A stretch of DNA of 64,000 nt from Fibrobacteria bacterium (GTDB lineage Bacteria; Fibrobacterota; Chitinivibrionia; Chitinivibrionales; FEN-1185). The stretch covers positions 96,001 to 160,000 of the forward strand of contig JBBIGR010000002.1 of assembly GCA_037447435.1 (NCBI GenBank). The letters run 5' to 3'. Below are positions 58,779-64,000 of this stretch, piece after piece. Both the position numbers and the translations under genes were made by a program. The notes under the pieces were generated by a model, which was not told where the DNA came from, made no database searches, and saw nothing but the letters and a program-made list of their open reading frames with translations. The first letter of the stretch is position 1; each line of letters begins with the position of its first letter.

Positions 58779-60122
58779 ATGAAAATCACCTTCATTTACC
58801 CGAAATTCGAAAAATTTTTAGAGACGTATCCGCAACTTGCCGAAATGCCAGCCATTGCCGCGACCTGGGCGTTTCGCATGCCGCCTGCCATGGGTATTCC
58901 GATTTTGATCAATTTGCTGCCTGCCGATGTTTCCTGGAAAGTCGTTGACCAAAACATTGAGCCCGTCGACTTCGACGACGATGCCGATATAATCGCATTA
59001 AGCTATTTCACCCCGCAGGCAGGCTTTGCCCATGAAATCGGGGACGAGTTTTTACGGCGGAATAAAACGGTCATAGCCGGCGGTATGCATCCGTCTATGG
59101 CTCCTCACGATGCCGCGCTTCATTGCACGAGCCTTTGCATTGGAGAAGCAGACACTATTTGGCAAACCATTATCGATGATTATTCTCATAATCGCCTAAA
59201 AAAAGTATATAAAGCGACCGGCGTTCCATTGCCGGAACAAATCGTTTCCGCAAAAAAAGGGATTTTCGACATTGAGGATAAATACGATTGGCATGCATCG
59301 CTCGTTTCCATCACGCGCGGATGTCCGTTCGGTTGCGAATGGTGCAACATTCCCTTGTATCAAGACACCAAGATACGGCTGAGGCCCATCGAAACCGTCG
59401 TTGCCGAAATACAACAACTTACGGATAAGGAATTTTACATTACCGACGATATGGTAATGCTGAACAGACCCCGCATCACGCGGTACATGATGGACCTTTG
59501 CGAGCGGATCAAGGATTTCAAAGTCCGAATGTTTCTGTCCTGTTCTCCGGCAATGCACACCGATCCGGCATTTCTTGATTCACTGGCCCGGGCTGGTGCG
59601 ACAAGCATGTACACTGTTTTCGCAAGCGACCCGTTCAGCCAAAGGTTTTACAAGAAAGACCTCTTGGTTTGGAATCGCACCCTCGATCTGGTAAGACAGC
59701 TTGAAGATCGGGGAATACGGTTTTTCGGATCGTTCGGCGTGGGATTCGATACCATGGGAGAGGATCAGTTCGATGTCATTTTAGAATTTTGCAAACATGC
59801 GAACGTAAAAACCGCGGAGTTTTTCATTGCCACGCCATTTCCCGGAACGCCTTTTTGGAATCGCGTTGAAGAGGAGCACAGGTTCATTCTTCCGAGAAAC
59901 TGGAAAAAGTATAATTGCGCCAATATTGTTTTTAAACCGAAATTGATTTCCGAAGATATGCTTTTAAACGGATTTTTACGGTTATGGAAGGAATTTTTCA
60001 AAAGTACCGATCTGGAAGAATCTTTATCCTCCTTTCGACAAAAGGCCGAAAACATTTTAAAATCCAGGGAATATTCCCAAAATGTTAAAGATGCGGTCAA
60101 AAAAGGTCTTTTAAAATTGTAA
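58779..60122 (+). CDS. B12-binding-domain radical SAM protein
   Basis: N-terminal B12-like domain (PP.G, GG.HPS, GEA), TRGCPFGCEWC, TPFPGT. Confidence 0.9.
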   Translation: MKITFIYPKFEKFLETYPQLAEMPAIAATWAFRMPPAMGIPILINLLPADVSWKVVDQNIEPVDFDDDADIIALSYFTPQAGFAHEIGDEFLRRNKTVIAGGMHPSMAPHDAALHCTSLCIGEADTIWQTIIDDYSHNRLKKVYKATGVPLPEQIVSAKKGIFDIEDKYDWHASLVSITRGCPFGCEWCNIPLYQDTKIRLRPIETVVAEIQQLTDKEFYITDDMVMLNRPRITRYMMDLCERIKDFKVRMFLSCSPAMHTDPAFLDSLARAGATSMYTVFASDPFSQRFYKKDLLVWNRTLDLVRQLEDRGIRFFGSFGVGFDTMGEDQFDVILEFCKHANVKTAEFFIATPFPGTPFWNRVEEEHRFILPRNWKKYNCANIVFKPKLISEDMLLNGFLRLWKEFFKSTDLEESLSSFRQKAENILKSREYSQNVKDAVKKGLLKL

Positions 60123-60191
60123 TTAATTACTATTTGTATCCCAACGTAAAGGGGCTGCGAACTCCTCTTTTCAAAAGTAAAGGATTAAACC

Positions 60192-60926
60192 TTGGGTAAG
60201 AACATAGTTGTCACGGGCGGATCTAAAGGAATAGGCAAATCGATAGTCGAAACGCTTGCTGCAGAGGGTAATTCGATCGTATTTACCTATAATAGCGGCA
60301 AAGAGGCTGCGGAACAAACGGTATCCGATCTTTCAAAGCAAGGTTTAAAAGTTTTTGCTTTCCAGGCCGACCTGTCGGATTTTGCTCAAGCCGAAAAGCT
60401 TATCGCTTTTGCAAAGGAAACGCTTGGAAGCATAGATTGTCTGGTCAACAATGCAGGAATTACCCGCGATAAGAGCCTTTTCATCATGCCGAAACAGGAT
60501 TGGGACGATGTCATCAACACAAATTTGAACGGCTATTTTAACGTCACACGAAACGTTATCGGCTATTTCATGAAGAATAAAAATGGCTGCATTGTAAACA
60601 TTACTTCTGTCAGTGGAATGTCGGGCGTTGGGGGACAAACCAATTACTGCGCTTCGAAAGCAGGGATTATCGGATTTACCAAAAGCCTTGCCAAGGAAGT
60701 TGCCAAACTTTCGATTCGCGTCAATTGCGTGGCACCGGGCTACATTGAGACGGACATGACAAAAAAAATGAGCGAAAAGCATCTTGAAGAAGTCAAAAAG
60801 GCAATTCCGATGCAACGCCTCGGAACATCGAATGAGGTGGCAGACCTTGTTTCGTTTCTTCTCTCGAACAAAGCTTCCTATATTACCGGACAGGTTTTTA
60901 CCGTTGACGGCGGATTAACCTCATGA
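60192..60926 (+). CDS. fabG: 3-oxoacyl-ACP reductase
   Basis: TGGSKGIG, NNAGITRD, YCASK, PG.IETDMT. Confidence 0.92.
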   Translation: MGKNIVVTGGSKGIGKSIVETLAAEGNSIVFTYNSGKEAAEQTVSDLSKQGLKVFAFQADLSDFAQAEKLIAFAKETLGSIDCLVNNAGITRDKSLFIMPKQDWDDVINTNLNGYFNVTRNVIGYFMKNKNGCIVNITSVSGMSGVGGQTNYCASKAGIIGFTKSLAKEVAKLSIRVNCVAPGYIETDMTKKMSEKHLEEVKKAIPMQRLGTSNEVADLVSFLLSNKASYITGQVFTVDGGLTS

Positions 60927-61143
60927 AAAAGGTGAATATCCGGTAAAAAATCAGTGAAAATTCCCAAAATTTTGCAATATGGGGTTTATGTAAATCTCAT
61001 ATTTTCGGCTTTATGCATTTACCTGTCGGATTTTATTGAACCAATTCTCTGATTAAAGTATTTTAAAAAGTTGAATGAAAATGCATTTTTAACGCGGTTT
61101 ATCGCAATTTCGTGTCTGCCCATTATCCTATTTAAATAAATAT

Positions 61144-62373
61144 ATGAAAAAAGAAAGAGTCGTCATTACAGGACTTGGCGCTGTAACGCCCATCGGCATC
61201 GGTATCGATGCTTTTTGGAATGCGGCTAAAAATGGTACTAACGGTTTAAAACCCATAACGGCTTTTGACGCTTCGATGTTCAGAACCGATATCGGCGGCG
61301 AAGTAAAAAATTTTCAGCCGCAAGAATATCTTTCTTCGGCCGAAATATCCTCAATGGGCAGATCAAGCCATTTTGCAATCGCTGCTTCGGAAATGGCAAT
61401 TAAACAATCCGGCATCGATATTTCCAAGGAAAATCCCTTCCGTTTCGGCGTAAGCCTTGGCACAACAATGGGTGAGCCTCAAATTCTTGAACAATGCATA
61501 GAAAAAATTTTCGCAGCAAATAAAAGAACGGAAACTATTGATTCAAATTTGCCGGGTCAATATCCTTGCGGAGTCATTGCAGCTCATGTCGCACGTCATT
61601 TCAAAGCATGCGGACCAACCATTATGATTCCCACCGCTTGCGCTGCGGGAAACTATGCCATCGGCTATGCTTTCGACCTGCTCGGGCTCGGTTGCGCTGA
61701 TATCGTTATTGCCGGAGGCAGCGACCCTATTTCAAAAATCGCCTATACCGGCTTTAGCCGGCTTCTCGCAACTGCAAAGGAATCATGCAAACCGTTCGAT
61801 AAAAACCGCGATGGAATGGCCGTAGGCGAAGGTGCGGGCATGCTTGTCATGGAAACATTGACTCATGCGCAAAAACGCGGCGCGACAATACTTGCCGAAG
61901 TGCTTGGATACGGTATTGCCTGTGACGCGCATAACATGACCATTCCCGATCCCTCGGGCTCAGGCGGTATTTTAGCACTCAGCAAAGCCTTTGCAAACGC
62001 AAATATCTCTCCCGACACCATCGATTACATCAGTGCCCATGGTACGGGTACGAAGGAAAACGATAAAACCGAGACATTCATAATAAAATCCGTTTTCCAA
62101 GAAAAAGCAAAATCGATTCCGATATCTTCAATTAAATCAATGATCGGACATACAATGGGAGCGGCGTCGGCAATCGAAGCGGTCGCCTGTTGTTTAATGA
62201 TTCAACACAACACGCTTTTGCCGACAATCAATTATTCCGAACCGGATCCTGAATGCGATTTGGATTATGTGCCGAATGTCAGCAGGAACGCGTCGGTAAA
62301 CCGTATCGTTTCCAATGCCTATGCGTTCGGCGGAAACACCTCCGCGCTCATTGTAGGAAGGTTTGGGGCCTGA
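61144..62373 (+). CDS. fabF: Beta-ketoacyl-ACP synthase (FabF-like, intact C-H-H triad)
   Basis: TACAAG, AHGTGT, KSMIGH, FGG. Confidence 0.9.
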   Translation: MKKERVVITGLGAVTPIGIGIDAFWNAAKNGTNGLKPITAFDASMFRTDIGGEVKNFQPQEYLSSAEISSMGRSSHFAIAASEMAIKQSGIDISKENPFRFGVSLGTTMGEPQILEQCIEKIFAANKRTETIDSNLPGQYPCGVIAAHVARHFKACGPTIMIPTACAAGNYAIGYAFDLLGLGCADIVIAGGSDPISKIAYTGFSRLLATAKESCKPFDKNRDGMAVGEGAGMLVMETLTHAQKRGATILAEVLGYGIACDAHNMTIPDPSGSGGILALSKAFANANISPDTIDYISAHGTGTKENDKTETFIIKSVFQEKAKSIPISSIKSMIGHTMGAASAIEAVACCLMIQHNTLLPTINYSEPDPECDLDYVPNVSRNASVNRIVSNAYAFGGNTSALIVGRFGA

Positions 62374-62375
62374 CT

Positions 62376-63569
62376 GTGAAAATCGTTATAACAAAAGCAA
62401 GTTCCTATAGCTGCCTCGGTTCGACAAAAGAAGAAATTGCGAAATCTCTGAGTGCCCCTTCGCAACTAAATTCGGTAACCGATTTCGGATTTCATTCGTT
62501 CTCTCAGCCGCAGCCCTGTTTCAGCATACCTCATTTTGACCCGGAACCGATTTTAGGGAAAAAAGGCTTGCGTACCAAAGACAGGGCAACGAAACTGCTT
62601 CTTGCTACGTGCGAACTCGGATTCAAGGAAGCATTTGAAACGACGCCCGAAGATTCACGAATGGGCATTTGCATCGGTACCGCTTTTGGAAGCGTGCAAA
62701 GCATCGGCGACTTCCTGTCCGACGCCATTGCCAACGGCCCGCACAACGTCAATCCCATGGCATTTGCAAACACCGTCATCAATGCGCCGACATCGAATGC
62801 AAATATCCGTTATACGTCGCGCATGTCCAGTACGACCGTTTCGACGACATTTAATGCGGGCATGGATGCTCTGGCATATGCCTTTACCTATATTAAAAGC
62901 GGGCACGCTTCGCGTCTTCTTGTCGGCGGGCTCGAGGAAATAAGCTACTATGCCCTTGCCGGACTTGCAAAAAGCAATGTACTTTCCGACCAGGGAAGGT
63001 GTCTGCCTTTCGGTTCAAATGCCGACGGTTTTTTACTGGGTGAAGGATGCGCGGTTTTTTGCGTCGAAACCGAGGAATCGGCACTCGCGCGCAATGCAAC
63101 CATTCTTGCGGAAATCGCGGGAATACACAGCTGCTTCGATCCCAAGCAAGGCGGCCACGGATACAACCCGGACGCTTCCGGAGCACGTCATACGGTTTCG
63201 GAGGCATGCCTGCAAGCGGAAATTTCTCCAAAAGACATAACCTTTGTAGCGGCAAGTGCGAACGGTAATCCCTATGGTGACGCCATGGAAGCAAAAGTCA
63301 TAGCCGATCTGTTACCCGAAGTCCCTGTTACAGCATATAAATCAAAAACAGGTGAATGCCTCGGCGCTTCCGGCGCTCTGAATATCGCCTGCGCACTGTC
63401 CGATATGGAAGCGCAACGAATCAGCGGTATCGCAAACCGATATGAACTCAATGCACCTATCAATTTGGTTTTTAATACCATTGAAGGCGTTTCGAGCCGA
63501 TACGTTCTTGTAAATTCATTCTCATGCGATGGATATTGCGCAAGTTTGGTACTTAAAAACAGGCTTTAA
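62376..63569 (+). CDS. Catalytically inactive ketosynthase homolog (chain-length-factor-like)
   Basis: KS fold (NP..F.NTV.N, GEG.A) but TTFNAG, ASANG and KTGE replace the C/H/H motifs; GTG start. Confidence 0.85.
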   Translation: MKIVITKASSYSCLGSTKEEIAKSLSAPSQLNSVTDFGFHSFSQPQPCFSIPHFDPEPILGKKGLRTKDRATKLLLATCELGFKEAFETTPEDSRMGICIGTAFGSVQSIGDFLSDAIANGPHNVNPMAFANTVINAPTSNANIRYTSRMSSTTVSTTFNAGMDALAYAFTYIKSGHASRLLVGGLEEISYYALAGLAKSNVLSDQGRCLPFGSNADGFLLGEGCAVFCVETEESALARNATILAEIAGIHSCFDPKQGGHGYNPDASGARHTVSEACLQAEISPKDITFVAASANGNPYGDAMEAKVIADLLPEVPVTAYKSKTGECLGASGALNIACALSDMEAQRISGIANRYELNAPINLVFNTIEGVSSRYVLVNSFSCDGYCASLVLKNRL

Positions 63570-63605
63570 AATTCATTTGTACATCATACGCCCAAAGGAG
63601 AAAGA

Positions 63606-63866
63606 ATGACAACACCGGACATCAAATCTGCGATTCGCACCCTGATTGTGGATATAGCGGAGGATATGGAAATCGATGAAGCAAAAATTACCGATGATGC
63701 GCATTTTATTAAAGACATGGGCCTTGATTCCATGGCGCTTTTGGAAGTACTTGCCACTATGGAAAAGAAATTCAGCGTTACGATTCCGGAAACCGAGTTT
63801 CCCAATATCGTGACCATCAACAAATGCGCAGAGACGGTCCAGAAATATCTCGACCAAAAAAAATAA
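63606..63866 (+). CDS. Acyl carrier protein
   Basis: Acidic 86 aa with GLDSM phosphopantetheine site; SD AAGGAG. Confidence 0.93.
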   Translation: MTTPDIKSAIRTLIVDIAEDMEIDEAKITDDAHFIKDMGLDSMALLEVLATMEKKFSVTIPETEFPNIVTINKCAETVQKYLDQKK

Positions 63867-63883
63867 TTTCATCATTGTCTATG

Positions 63884-63910
63884 CAGAGACGTACGTGCAG
63901 TGCGTCTCTG
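63884..63910. repeat. REP-like hairpin after the ACP gene
   Basis: CAGAGACG...CGTCTCTG; related degenerate half (ACGTCTCTAC) at 43189..43213. Confidence 0.45.
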
Positions 63911-63956
63911 TTTTTCCCGATTTTTCCCTACCGAATTTCACAGTGCCGACCGCCGT

Positions 63957-64000
63957 ATGATAAAACAAAAAATTCTGTTGGTTTACATTGGAAACGAACA
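63957..64000 (+). CDS. Start of next gene (3'-truncated), MIKQKILLVYIGNE
   Basis: ATG with frame open to the window end; KILLVY resembles B12-radical SAM N-termini, too short to call. Confidence 0.45.
   Translation, partial: MIKQKILLVYIGNE

Noticed and set aside
60927..61143. Possible riboswitch or pseudogene between fabG and the KS gene
   Set aside because: AT-rich, with no recognisable conserved structure or coding remnant; probably a promoter region

Overview
Mostly ordinary chromosome of a flagellated, LPS-making (kdsA) diderm bacterium. Gene content and style suggest Fibrobacterota/Chitinivibrionia; this is an inference, not verified. Housekeeping blocks are der-gpsA, pyrK-pyrD-rlpA, rlmN, gap-pgk-tpiA-secG-tRNA-Leu(GAG), kdsA and a phospho-sugar mutase. 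The window also holds an ExbB/ExbD/ExbD/TonB/TBDR/lipoprotein operon, two near-identical short flagellins beside a glycosyltransferase, a LytS/LytTR pair and a TetR/TolC/HlyD/ABC-2 exporter. Four signals stand out. (1) The last ~20 codons of a Ser/Thr kinase gene occur three times as synonymously recoded direct repeats, each pair bracketing a different AT-rich two-gene nucleotidyltransferase (toxin-antitoxin-like) cassette; no integrase is visible, and a 232-bp TG...CA inverted-repeat element abuts the last copy. (2) An identically organised 20-bp-period direct repeat plus -10-like box precedes two operons 15 kb apart, a probable LytTR regulon. (3) A B12-radical SAM/FabG/KS/inactive-KS/ACP cluster resembling ladderane-type or highly reducing type II PKS loci runs off the right edge. 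(4) The two sigma28-driven flagellin genes share a conserved leader with CsrA-like GGA hairpins. All calls come from reading the sequence and the ORF track only; no searches were run.
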